From: Leucoraja ocellata
Taxonomy: Eukaryota
Assembly: GCA_036785375.1 (NCBI GenBank)
Contig: JAWMAR010000478.1
Location: 124,001 to 188,000 of the forward strand
DNA length: 64,000 nt
Reading direction: 5' to 3'
The notes under the pieces were generated by a model. That model was given only the letters and a program-made list of their open reading frames with translations, had not been told where the DNA came from and did no database searches. Shown here piece after piece: positions 11,885 through 23,379 of the stretch. Position numbers and translations under genes: made by a program. Position 1 is the stretch's first letter. Each line of letters starts with the position of its first letter.

Positions 11885-14800
11885 CCAGTAAGTAGTACCT
11901 TTCAACTTTAAAACAAAGCTCCCAAGCCACCATTTGCAGTAAGTAGTGCCTTTCAACTTCAAGTCAAAGCACCCTAGCCACCATTTACAGTAACTAATGC
12001 CTTTCAACTTCATCCAAAGCACCCAAACAACCATTTGCAGGCAGTGCCTTTTTACTTCAAACAACCCATATTTTCATTTTCAAACTAGATTAAGAGTACT
12101 CACAGTTGTGTAGACATTTGTTCGGTTTCATTCAGAGCTCAGAGAGGCGTGACCCTTGGCTTCATCCATCTTGCAGAGAGTGTGAGGCACACAACTTCCT
12201 GGTTTTATAGTCCCCCCCCCCCTCCAGCAGGTGCAGCAGAGAGAATGGTGATTTTTTAAACGTCAAGCCAAAGCTCCCAAGCCACCATTTGCAGTAAGTA
12301 GTGCCTTTTGAAATTTAAACCAAAGATCCCAAGCCACCATTTGCAGTAAGAAGTGGCTTTCAACTGCAAGCCAAAGCACGGAAGCCACCATTTGCAGTAA
12401 CTACTGCCTTTCAACTTCATGCCACCATTTGCAGCAAGTAGTGCCTTTCAACTTCATGCCACCATTTGCAGTAAGTAGTGCCTTTCAACTTTAAGCAAAG
12501 CACCCAATCCACCGTTTGCAGTCAGTAGTGACTTTCCACTTCAAGCCAAAGCACCCAAGCCTCCATTTGCAGTAAGTAGTGCCTTTCAACTTCAAGCCAA
12601 AGCACCCAAGCCACCATTTGCAATAAGTAGTGCCTTTCAACCTCAAGCCAAAGCACCAAAGCCACCATTTGCAGTATGTAGAGCCTATCAACTTCATGCC
12701 ACCATTTGCAGTAAGTTGTGCCTTTCAACTTCATGCCACCATTTGCAGTAAGTAGTGCCTTTCAACTTCAAGCCAGAGCACCCACGCCACCATTTGCAGT
12801 AAGTAGTGCCTTTCAACTTAAGCCAAACCCCCCATACAACCATTTGCAGTTAGTGCCTTTTTACTTCCAACAAACCATATCTTCATTTTCAAACCACATT
12901 AAGGGTACTCACAGTTGTGTAGGCATTTGTTCAGTGCCATTCAGAGCTCAGAGAGGCGCCCAAGCCACCATTTGCAGTAAGTAGTGCCTTTTGAACTTTA
13001 AATCAAAGCTCCCCAGCCACCATTTGCAGTAAATAGTGCATTTCAACTTCAAGCCAAAGCACCCAAGCCACTTTTTGCAGTAAGTAGTGCCTTTCAACTT
13101 CACGCCACCATTTGCAGTAAGTAGTGCCTTACAACGTCAAGCCAAAGAAACCAAGCTGCCATTTACAGTAAGTAGTGCCTTTCAACTTAAAGCCAAAGCA
13201 CCCAAGCCACCATTTGCACTAAGTAGTGCCTTTCAACTTCATGCCACCATTTGCAGTAAGTAGTGCCTTTCAACTTCATGCCACCATTTGTAGTAAGTAG
13301 TGCCTTTCAACTTCAAGCCAAAGCACCCAAGCCACCATTTGCAGTAAGTAGCACCTTTCAACTTCAAGCCAAAGCTCCGAAGCCACCATTTGCAGTAAGT
13401 AGTACCTTTCAACTTTATACTAAAGATCCCAAGCCACCATTTGCAGTAAGAAGTGGCTTTCAACTGCAAGCCAAATCACCCAAGCCATCATTTGCAGGAA
13501 GTAGTGCATTACAACTTCAAGCCAAAGCACCCAAGCCACCATTTGCAGTAAGTAGTGCCTTTCAACCTCAAACCAAAGCACCGAAGCCACCATTTGCAGT
13601 AAGTACTGCCTTTCAACTTCATGCCACCATTTGCAGTAAGTAGTGCCTTTCAACTTCATGCCACCATTTGCAGTAAGTAGTGCCTTTCAACTTTAAGCAA
13701 AGCACCCAATCCACCGTTTGCAGGCAGCGCCTTTTTACTTCAAACAAACAATATTTTCATTTTCAAACCAGATTAAGCGTACTTACAGTTGTGTAGACAT
13801 TTGTTCGGTTTCATTCAGAGCTCAGAGAGACGTGACCTTTGGCTTCATCCATCTTGCAGAGAATGAGTGAGGAACACCACTTCCTGGTTTTATAATAATA
13901 ATAATAATAATAATACATTTTATTTATGGGCGCCTTTCAAGAGTCTCAAGGGCACCTTACAAAATATTTAGCAGGTAGAGGAAAAACATGTAAGGGGAAT
14001 GAAATAAATAGTAGAGACGTGACTAGTACACAAAGTAAAGACAGAATACAATTCAAAACACAATATGAGGCAATTAATGCACAGATGAAAAGGATGGGGG
14101 ACGTGAGGCTAAGGATAGGGAGAGGTGAGGAGATGGGTCTTGAGGCGGGATGGAAGATGGTGAGGGACACGGAATTGCGGATCAGTTGGGGGAGGGAGTT
14201 CCAGAGCCTGGGAGCTGCCCTGGAGAATGCTCTGTCCCCAAAACTGCGGAGGTTGGACGTGGATGGAGAGGAGACCGGCTGATGTGTATCTGAGGGACCG
14301 TGAGGGTTGGTAGGGGGAGAGGAGGTCAGTGAGATATGGGGGGCCAGATGGTGGAGGGCTTTGCAGGTGAGGATCCGGATTTTGTAGGTGATCCGGTGGG
14401 AGATGGAAAGCCAGTGAAGTTGTTTGAAGACTGGAGCGATGTGATGCCAGGATTTGGTGTGGGTGATGAGTCGGGCGGCTGCGTTCTGGACCAGTTGGAA
14501 TCGGTTGATGTAGGTGGAGCTGATTCCAAGGAGAAGTGAGTTGCAATAGTCCAGTCGGGAGGAGATGAAGGCATTGATGAGTCTTTCAGCAGCGGGAGGT
14601 GTGAGGGAGGGTCTGAGTTTGGTGATGTTGCGGAGATGAAAGAAGGAGGTTTTAATGACATGGCGGATGTGAGGCTCAAGGGAGAGGGTGGAATCAAAGA
14701 TCACGCCAAGGTTGCGGGCCTGGGGAGATGGGGAGACAGTGGTGCCGTCGATGGTGAGAGTGGGGTTATTGATTTTGTTGAGTGTGGCTTTGGAGCCTAT

Positions 14801-16058
14801 GAGGAGGAATTCTGTCTTATCGCTGTTGAGTTTGAGGAAGTTATGTTGCATCCAGGTTTTTATAGCTGACAAACAGGAGTTGATATGGGAGAGGGGGTCC
14901 CCCCTCCATCCAGCAGGTGCAGCAGAGAGAATGGTGATTTTTTTAAACGTCAAGCCAAAGCTCCCAAGCCACAATTTGCAGTAAGTAGTGCATTTCAACT
15001 TCATGCCACCATTTGCAATAAGTAGTGCCTTTCAACCTCAAGCTAAAACTCCCAAGCCACCATTTGCAGTAAGAAGTGGCTATCAACGTCAAGCCAAATC
15101 ACCCAAGCCATCATTTGCAGTAAGTAGTGCATTTCAACTTCAAGCCAAAGCACCCAAGCCACCGTTTGCAGTCAATAGTGCCTTTCAACCTCAAGCCAAT
15201 GCACCAATGCCACCATTTGCAGTAAGTAGTGCCTTTCAACTTCATCCCACCATTTGCAGTAAGTAGTGCCTTTCAACCTCATGCCACCATTTGCAGTAAG
15301 TAGTGCATTTCAACTTCAAGCCAAAGCACCCAAACAACCATTTGCAGTCCGTAATGCCTTTCAACTTCATGCCAAAGCACCCATACAACCATTTGCAGTG
15401 AGTGCATTTTTACTTCAAACAAACCATATCTTCATTTTCAAACCACATTAAGGGTACTCACAGTTGTGTAGACATTTATTCAATGCCATTCAGAGCTCAA
15501 AGAGACGTGACCCTTGGCTTTATCCATCTTGCAGAGTGAGTGAGGCACACCACTTCCTGGTTTTATAGTCCCTACCCCTCCCTTCAGCAGGTGCAGCAGA
15601 GAGAATGGTGATTTTTTTTAAACTTCCAGCCAAAGCTCCCAAGCCACCATTTGCAGTAACTAGTGCCTTTCAACTTCAAGCCAAAGCTCCCAAGCCACCA
15701 TTTGCAGTAAGTAGTGCCTTTTGAACTTTAAACCAAAGCTCCCAAGCCACCATTTGCAGTAAATAGTGCATTTCAACTTCAAGCCAAAGCACCCAAGCCG
15801 CCATTTGCAGTAAGCAGTACCTTTCAACTTCATGCCACCATTTGCATTAAGTAGTGTCTTTCAACTTCAAGCCAAAGCACCCAAGCCACCATTTGCAGCA
15901 AGTAGTGACTTTCAACTTCAAGCAAAGCACCCAAGCCACCATTTACAGTAAGTAGTGCCTTTCAACTTCAAGCCAAAGCATCCAAAAAACATTTGCAGGC
16001 AGTGCCTTTTTACTTCAAACCAACCATATTTTCATTTTAAAACCACATTAAGGGTACC
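11885..16058. repeat. Satellite of 51-bp and 36-bp units (GCCACCATTTGCAGTAAGTAGTGCCTTTCAACTTCAAGCCAAAGCACCCAA) with a ~220-bp higher-order spacer
   Basis: Dozens of near-identical units. The spacer (..CTCACAGTTGTGTAGACATTTG..GAGCTCAGAGAG..) recurs at ~12050, 12860, 13730, 15410 and 16010. Confidence 0.95.
13895..14896 (-). mobile_element. L2 LINE, 5'-truncated, with (TTA)n tail, inserted in the satellite spacer
   Basis: CLSAIKTWMQHNFLKLNSDKTE, ARNLGVIFDS, SRLDYCNSLL, LVQNAAARL, GDRAFSRAAPRLWNSLP. Confidence 0.92.
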
Positions 16059-16654
16059 TCAAAAAGCTACTTTTCTTAACTACTAAAATAGTTTTTTCTT
16101 GTCCCCTTAGCACATTCCACAGACATTAGTCATGGTAAGAGGTACAGGAAAAGGTTTCCACAGAATGCATCACATCAAAGGCCTTTTGTTTACATGGTAC
16201 AAGATATACTAAAAACATTGGCCGTTTGCTTTAGGTCATTTTATCTCCAAAGAGATCACCCTAGATCTTTTCGCTGCTTCCTCTCTGTCACTTGGTCCCT
16301 CATAGACATAGGCCATTTGTTTACAACGATGTGACTAGCTATTTCTCTCTTCCTTTATTGCCTCCTCCCCCATAAACATTGGTCATTTGGTTAATGGCAT
16401 CTTACTTTCAAAGATATCTCTCTAGCTTCTCCTCTCTGCCTGTCACTTGGGAAACAATGTTATAGGATTTATTATCTCACACACCGCAACCTAAAGCAAG
16501 CCTAATTTGACACTAAATATAAGCTGTAAGCTAGCCCAGAAACCAATTTAATATCTTCTTATATTTTTAACTAAAATTCAGCTTCATCAGTACCGACAGT
16601 TGTGTAGACATTTGTTCATTGTTATTCATAGCTCAGAGAGACATGACCCTTAAA

Positions 16655-17430
16655 GTACAAGATGGGGCACTCCACCCAGGAAGAGGTGAAACATCATCCC
16701 TACATGGGAGTGGAACTTAGCAGTGATTTGAAATGGTCTATTCACATCAACCAAAGAATCACCAAGGCTAACAGAATGCTGGGATTGCAGAAGGAAAATA
16801 TTTATGGTTGCAATAATTAGAATTAGATCCTTTATATGTCATTTAACAGAACCAAGTGTGTAGCCTGCAAGACTCTGATGAGACCCACACGTTCAGTATT
16901 GCTCTGCGGTCTGGGATCCACAAAACAAAACAGATGGGGACAAGTTAGAAAGAATTCAAAATAGAGTTGCAAGGTTTATCGTTGATGATTACAGCAGGGA
17001 GTCCAGTATCACTGAAATCCTTGCTGATCTAGAGTGGGGAAACTCCTCAAGACCGTAGGACCAAATTACATCTGCCGACCATCTATAATGAAATGCACGG
17101 GTTTATTCCAAGCAACATCAAGAGTCATCATCAATCGACAAATTCATCCAGTCAACCAAAGACCTGGCAATCGGGGGTTATCAAATAAAACATCATCCCA
17201 ACAAATAAAGACTGTTATAGGTATTAACTGCACCCAAAGACAATTCACAAATATAATCATCTCCACCATGACATTCGCACTGCACCCGACATCAAGTCTT
17301 TCAAGACCAAGCTAGAAACAATCAATATTAAGATGCAGACTTCCAAGGCCCACTTTAATACTTAATTGCGTCTTTGCACATGACCCACCTCATATATGCG
17401 ACAACCCGTGATGTCAAGATACAGAAACAG
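16655..17430 (+). mobile_element. Degenerate non-LTR retrotransposon C-terminal fragment (CR1-group-like, distinct from HER1)
   Basis: EVKHHPYMGVELSSDLKWSIHINQRITKANRMLG ... QYCSAVWDP ... KLERIQNRVARFIVDDYSRESSITEILADLEW. Confidence 0.75.
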
Positions 17431-17571
17431 ACTGCATCTTCTGACTGGGATAAACTGCCCCCACTTGGATATTCTGACTGTGCGGGATCGGTCCTGTTGT
17501 GATGCAGACTGGTTGTCGCACTCAGTTCATCAACAAGACAATTGATAAATCAACTTTTTTGTTGCCACAAG

Positions 17572-17960
17572 TCAGGAATGACCCAAGGAGACTGTCATCC
17601 CTGCCCTCAGTGCACTGTTGCATTTACCACGGCAGAGTTCCTTACACGGCATTTAAGAAGGCATCCTAAAGCACCCAGACCAATGTCAGCTGGATAACCC
17701 AGATTCACAATGTAAACGTGGGCAGAGTCCGTTCACACCATCTGAAGGAGTGGAATTGGAAAATCTGGTGATCAACAAGAACGAGAAAGGGGAGATGGCA
17801 TGAATGTGTCGAATGTGGGAAGTGTTTCACGTGGGCAGGGAGCCTTCACCGACACCTGTCGATCCAAACCGGAGAGAGGCCACACAAATGTTCGGACTGT
17901 GGGAAGAGCTTCACATATTCAGGGGTCCTCCAGAAATACCATTGGATACACACTAGTTCT
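17572..17960 (+). pseudogene. PRDM9-like terminal exon remnant: post-SET single zinc finger, linker and two degenerate C2H2 fingers
   Basis: HPCPQCTVAFTTAEFLTRHLRRH resembles the PRDM9 early finger (HPCxxCxxAFxxxxFLxxH). It is followed by CVECGKCFTWAGSLHRHLSIQ-TGERP-HKCSDCGKSFTYSGVLQKYHWIH in another frame; frameshifts and lost His ligands. Confidence 0.72.
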
Positions 17961-18062
17961 CACAGTGCACACATACTGATAAATCTGGTGCACTTGGGAA
18001 TTTGTTACTGAATGGCAGATTTTCCAGTCTATTGCATATTAAAATATTAGTTCATCTGCATT

Positions 18063-18352
18063 GTTTAGTTTAGTTTAGACATACAGCGCAGAAACAGGCA
18101 GTTGGCCTATCGAGTCCGCTGCGACCAATAATTCCCGCACATTAACACTATCCTACACACACTAGGGACAATTTACAGTAAACCTGTACGTCTTTGGTGT
18201 GTGGGAGGAAACCAAAGATCTCGGAGAAAATCCATGCAGGTCACAGGGGGAACGTACAAGCTCCGTACAGATAGAACCCGTAGTCAGGATCAAACCGGGT
18301 CTCTGGCGCTGTAAGGCAGCAACTCTATCGCTGCGCCATCGTGCCGCCCCCA
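18063..18352 (-). mobile_element. HE1-type tRNA-derived V-SINE, full length
   Basis: Head GGGGCGGCACGATGGCGCAGCGATAGAGTTGCTGCC (A box), central ..TCCTCCCACAC.. domain, (CTAAA)n tail. Confidence 0.85.
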
Positions 18353-18359
18353 AATGTAA

Positions 18360-19124
18360 CCATTCTCATTGTTCCAACGAAGTCTACAAAATCTTGTGGA
18401 GCAGCACCACGTCTGGGTGTGATGTAATCCTTGAGGTCATCATCAATATGGGCAATTTCAGATAACCAGCCTTTGCAGTTTGTATCAGAACTGGCCACAT
18501 CATGTGACTGCAGCCAGTTCCGATGAAGGTCATTGATCTGAAAATACATTTTTCCGAAGACATTTGTACATGGATAAGAAAGGTCAGAGGGCTATGGTTG
18601 AAATATGGGCAAATAGGATCAGCTTAGAGGAGGCATCTTGGTCAGCATGGACAAGTTGGGCCGAAGGGTCTGTTTCTACATGACCGTGAAACGTGAAGTT
18701 TCTTTCTCCACAAGATGCTGCCCGACTGGATGAGTATTTCAAGCATTTTCTGTCATTATTTCTTTGTTGTATTCCCCTTAATGGTTGTCCAGACCCGAGG
18801 TGTAGGTCATCCCCAGCTTACGGACGCATTAAAGTACACCCCGTACACATGAGCGAGTGTCTGGGAGATGTGGGATGGATGCACCGGCTGCTGCGGGGCG
18901 TCAGGCATCTTCTGCCGTGTGAGAACTCTGTTCACGGCCGCATGTTCCGTTTGGGAACGGTTCCCAGGAAGGGAACCCTGCCGTAGCCGGGGGGGAATGT
19001 CCTGCACCGTCTCCATAGCAACTTCTTTATGCATCTAATGCAAGTGTTCTGTCCCAGGCCATCTGTGTGCTTCCAACACATCACCACGGCTCCAAGTCAC
19101 AACTGGTGCTCTGACTTCCACAGT
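18360..19124 (-). pseudogene. Two putative exons of an unidentified decayed gene (19124-~18778 and 18537-~18361)
   Basis: Both follow acceptor-like CTTGCAG / TATTTTCAG and read as protein-like in phase 0 (TVEVRAPVVTWSRGDVLEAHRWPG..., two stops; INDLHRNWLQSHD...DFVGTMRM). No family recognised. Confidence 0.35.
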
Positions 19125-19900
19125 CTGCAAGTTTTAAACATCACAGTTTCAGCACAATCTCCCCGTACATCCAATTAACACATGTTGTATGTAGGAAGGA
19201 ACTGCAGATGCTGGTTTAAACCGAAGATAGACACAAAAAGCTGGAGTAACTCAGCGGGTCAGACAGCATCTCTGGAGAAAAGGAATAGGTGACGTTTGGA
19301 GTCGAGTCAGGAAATTGGCACGAGCGATACAGATGATATGATATGCCATTTATTGTCACTATACATGTACAGTGAAACTGAAAGCTGCTCGTACTCAGTG
19401 CATACATACAATTTTACACAAAAAACAAGAAACAGAAAAACAAAACAGAAGGGAGATGGGGGGGGGGGAATAGGTGCACAAATTCTACGGCGCTACATAC
19501 ATATATACAGATGGAAGTCCGTGTTGGGCGGTGTAGTCAGTGCATGTGTGGATTTGAATTTATGGTAGATATAATTCTCGGGAAGCAGCTATTCCTGAGT
19601 CTGTTTGTCCTGGATTTGATGCACCTATAGCGCCTTCCAGAGGGCAGCAAGTCGAACAGTCCAAACGCAGGATGGGAGCTGTCTTTGGTGATCTTCTTTG
19701 CCCTGCTAAGGCAGCGGGAGGTGTAAATGTCCATCAGGGAGGGGAGAGGGCAACCAATGATCCTCTGCGCTGTCCTGGTTACCCTCTGAAGCCTCTCCCT
19801 GTCTGCCATGGTGCAGCTGCCATACCATGCTGTAATGCAGTATGTCAGCAGGCTCTCGATGGACGAGCGGTAGAAGGTCAGCAGCAGGTTAGAGTCCAGG

Positions 19901-20779
19901 GTTACACAGAAAAGCTGGAGAAACTCAGCGGGTGCAGCAGCATCTATGGAGCGAAGGAAATAGGCAACGTTTCGGGCCGAAACCCTTCTTCAGACTGATC
20001 AGGGGTGGGGGTGGGTGGGGACAAGAAAGGGAAAAGGAGGAGTAGCCGGAAGGCTGGAGGGTGGGAGGAGACAGCAGGGGAGCTGAGGAAGGGGAGGAGA
20101 CAGCAAGGACTAACAGAATTGGGAGAAGTCGATGTTCATGCCCCCGGGGTGCAGACTCCCCAAACGGAATATGAGGTGCTGTTCCTCCAATTTCCGGTGC
20201 TGCTCGCTGTGGCCATGGAGGAGACCCAGGACAGAGAGGTCGGAGGCGGAGTGGGAGGGGGAGTTGAAGTGCTGAGCCACCGGGAGGTCAGCTAGGTTAT
20301 TGCGGACCGAGCGGAGGTGTTTGGCGAAACGATCGCCCAACCTCCGCTTGGTCTCACCGATATAGATCTGCTGACATCTAGAGCAGCGGACGCAATAGAT
20401 GAGGTTGGAAGAGATGCAGGTAAACCTCTGTCGCACCTGGAACGATTGCTTGGGTCCCTGAACGGAGTTGAGGGGGGAGGTAAAGGGACAAGTGTTGCAT
20501 CTCCTGCGGCCGCAAGGGAAAGTGCCCGGGGAGGGGGTGGACCGAGAGGGAAGGGAAGAATTGACAAGGGAGTTATGGAGGGAGCGGTCTTTGCGGAAGG
20601 CAGATATGGGGGGAGATGGGAAGATGTGGCTAGTAGTGGGGTCACGTTGGAGGTGGCGAAACTGACGGAGGATTATTTTTTGTATGTGATGGCTGGTGGG
20701 GTGAAAGGTGAGGAGTAGGGGGACTCGGCCCTTGTTGCGAGTGCGGGGATGGGGAGAGAGAGCAGTGTTGCGGGGTATG
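19901..20779 (-). mobile_element. Penelope-like element (Neptune type) 3' part with GIY-YIG endonuclease and terminal hammerhead motif
   Basis: FTCISSNLIYCVRCSRCQQIYIGETKRRLGDRF..H..PVAQHFN..GMNIDFS; inserted within the Rex1 ORF. Confidence 0.92.
19966..19993 (-). ncRNA. Minimal Penelope-type hammerhead ribozyme motif
   Basis: CTGAAGA-A-GGG-TTTCGG-CCC-GAAA-CGTT. Related copies at 51318-51345 and 56118-56145 (minus) and ~49667 and ~54457 (plus). Confidence 0.65.
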
Positions 20780-23169
20780 CAGGTTGTGCTTCCTGAGGAC
20801 CCTCAGGAAGTGCAGCCGCTGCTGAGCCTTCTTGATGACCGCCGTCGTGTTGTCCGTCCAGGAGATGTCAGCAGCGATATGGACGCCGAGAAACCGGAAG
20901 GTGTTGACCCTCTCCACACACTCGCCGTTAATGTGTAGGGGGACTAAGTCGGTGCTGTGCCTCCTGAAGTCGACAATGAGCTCTTTTGTTTTCCTGGTGT
21001 TCAGAGCCAGATTGTTTTCTGAGCACCAGGTTGTCAACTTCAGGACTTCCTCTCTGTAGGCTGCCTCGTCTCCCTTTGAAATAAGTCCGACCACAGTAGT
21101 GTCGTCAGCAAATTTGACGATGCGGTTGTTGTTGTGGGCCGGACTACAGTCGTAGGTGTAGAGACAGTATAAGAGGGGGCTTAGCACACAGCCCTGTGGG
21201 GAACCGGTACTCAACCTGCGAGTGGAGGAGAGGTGGGGGCCGAGTCTCACAGTCTGGGGCCGGTTTGTGAGGAAATCCTTAATCCAGGCACATGTGACAG
21301 TGGGGAGGCCGAGAGTGACCAGTTTACCAATGAGGATGTCCGGGATGATTGTATTAAAGGCTGAACTGAAATCCACAAAGAGCATCCGGACGTAGCTCTG
21401 CCCCTGCTCCAGATGGCTCAGCACAGAGTGGAGAGCTACGGTGATGGCGTCTTCTGTGGATCTGTTTTGGCGATAAGCGAATTGGTGGGGGTCGAAGTCT
21501 GGTGGTAGATAGTCCTTGATGTGCTGGAGGACCAATCTCTCGAAGCACTTCGTGATTACCGGAGTGAGGGCAACAGGACGGTAGTCATTAAGGCTGGTGA
21601 TGGGAGACTTCTTCGGCACAGGGACGATTGTGGCTGATTTTAGGCAGGACGGAATAACTGCCTGGGCCAGGGAGAGATTGAAAATTCTGGTGAAGATGGC
21701 AGTGAGCTGGTGGGCGCACGCTTTGAGCACCTTACCAGGGACTCCATCTGGGCCGGTAGCCTTCTTGGGGTTCACTGCCAGGAGCACCCGTGTATGGGTG
21801 TATGATACGATACAGATGGGTGTATGATACGATACAGTAGAACTTTATTTATCCCAGGAGGGAAATTGAATATATAGAGATATAGAATAAATGAACGAAA
21901 GAAATGTGAAAAACTGTAACGATGATAAAGGAAATAGGACATTGTTAGCTGAGGGCTTGGTGAAAACGAGTTACAGACAATGAGACACAACAAGACGACT
22001 TTGAAACTTGTTCAATTACATGGGTATGGAAAGGAGGGAGAGAGAGGGGATGAAAGCGTTACTTGAAGTTAGATAAATCAGTATTCTTCCCGAAGATAGA
22101 CACAAAATGCTGGAGTAACTCAGCGGGACATGCAGCATCTCTGGAGAGAGGTAATGGTAATGTTTCAGCTCGGAGGGTGGTGATTCTGTGGAATTATTTG
22201 CCACAGAAGGCAATGCAGGCCACGCCAATGGACATTTTGGGGTTATGGGGAGAAGGCAGGAGAATGGGGTTGGGAGGGAGCAATCAGCCATGATTAAATG
22301 GCGGAGTAGACTTGATGGGCCGAATGGCCTAATTCTGCTCCAATCACTTAATATCTGCGTGGGTTTTCTCCAAGATCTTCAGTTTCCCCCCACAGTCCAA
22401 AGACGTAAAGATTTGAATAATAATTGGTTTGGTATAAGTGTAATTTGTCCCTCGAGTGTATAGGATAGTGGTAGCGTGCGGGGATCGCTGATCGGCATGG
22501 ACTCGGTGGGACAGAGGGCCTGTTTCCGCGCTGTATCACTAAACGAAACATAAATGGAGTCTATTCCGGGTAGGTAGAACTTTCCCATTGAAACACTTAC
22601 TAATTACTTGAATCCCAGTAGATTACGACATCACGCATCTGATTTCCTTTGATCCATTGTTGGCAGGTCACAAAAAATAAATGTGTAAAGTAAAGAATCG
22701 CAGAGGCTGAAAATCTGAAATTAAAATAGAATATATATGTTTTTAAATCAGCAGGTTAGACAGCAGTTCTGTGGAAATAAACAGTCTCGGATCAGAGACC
22801 CTTCACCAGAATATAAAAGAGCAAAAACAAGTTATTTTTCAGTTGTAGAGAGGGGTTGGGGTGGATTGGTGGAACAAAGGGGACATCACTGATGGGGCAA
22901 GTACAGATGAAGCAACTTAGTATTTGTAGTCAGCAATTAGAATAAGACAATGGTACAAGGAACTGCAGATCAGACTATACTAACAGAACAATAAAACGGA
23001 CGTGTATGAGATTAAACTCACCCAGAGGGTGGATGCAATCTGGGGCACGCTGCCTGAGGAGATGGTGGAGGCTTGAACTGTTCCTGCTGCTGCGGGAGAT
23101 GCTCCACTGGAGAAGCTTCACCACACTGCAACAGCAGCAGCTCCATTGTAATAGCAACTCCATTGCAGG

Positions 23170-23366
23170 GAGCTGCTCCACTGCAGGGCGGCTGCATTAC
23201 TGCAGGAGTCGCTCCACTGCAGGGCGGCTGCATTACTGCAGGAGTTGCTCCACTGCAGGGCGGCTGCATTACTGCAGGAGTTGCTCCACTGCAGGGCGGC
23301 TGCATTACTGCAGGAGTTGCTCCACTGCAGGGCGGCTGCATTACTGTAGGAGTTGCTCCACTGCAG
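23170..23366. repeat. 36-bp minisatellite, ~5 copies
   Basis: Unit CTCCACTGCAGGGCGGCTGCATTACTGCAGGAGTTG. Confidence 0.92.
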
Positions 23367-23379
23367 CATCTGCCACTGG

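Larger units (their letters stand above)
11796..16650 (-). mobile_element. Non-autonomous Helitron-like element (3' end at 11796) carrying a tandem-repeat array; far boundary uncertain
   Basis: Minus strand ends GGGACCC-GGC-GGGTCCC hairpin + ACTTAGT + CTAG followed by T, the canonical Helitron 3' terminus. Confidence 0.65.
19325..21787 (-). mobile_element. Rex1/Babar LINE, 5'-truncated, near-intact RT, split by a Penelope element
   Basis: ORF 20642-21787: [46 protein letters not shown]-terminus at 19537-19900 (DSSHPAFGLFDLLPSGRRY). Confidence 0.93.

Noticed and set aside
11828-15451. ORFs with KLKGTTYCKWWLG / PPFAVSSAFQ repeats
   Set aside because: By-products of 51- and 36-bp units (multiples of 3); all frames give short ORFs with frequent stops and no splice structure.
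11885-16058. CRISPR-like array
   Set aside because: Eukaryotic context, no unique spacers, no cas genes; it is a satellite.
18290-18352. tRNA genes at SINE heads (also 56884, 57613)
   Set aside because: A/B boxes are fused to SINE cores and LINE-derived tails; no complete cloverleaf.
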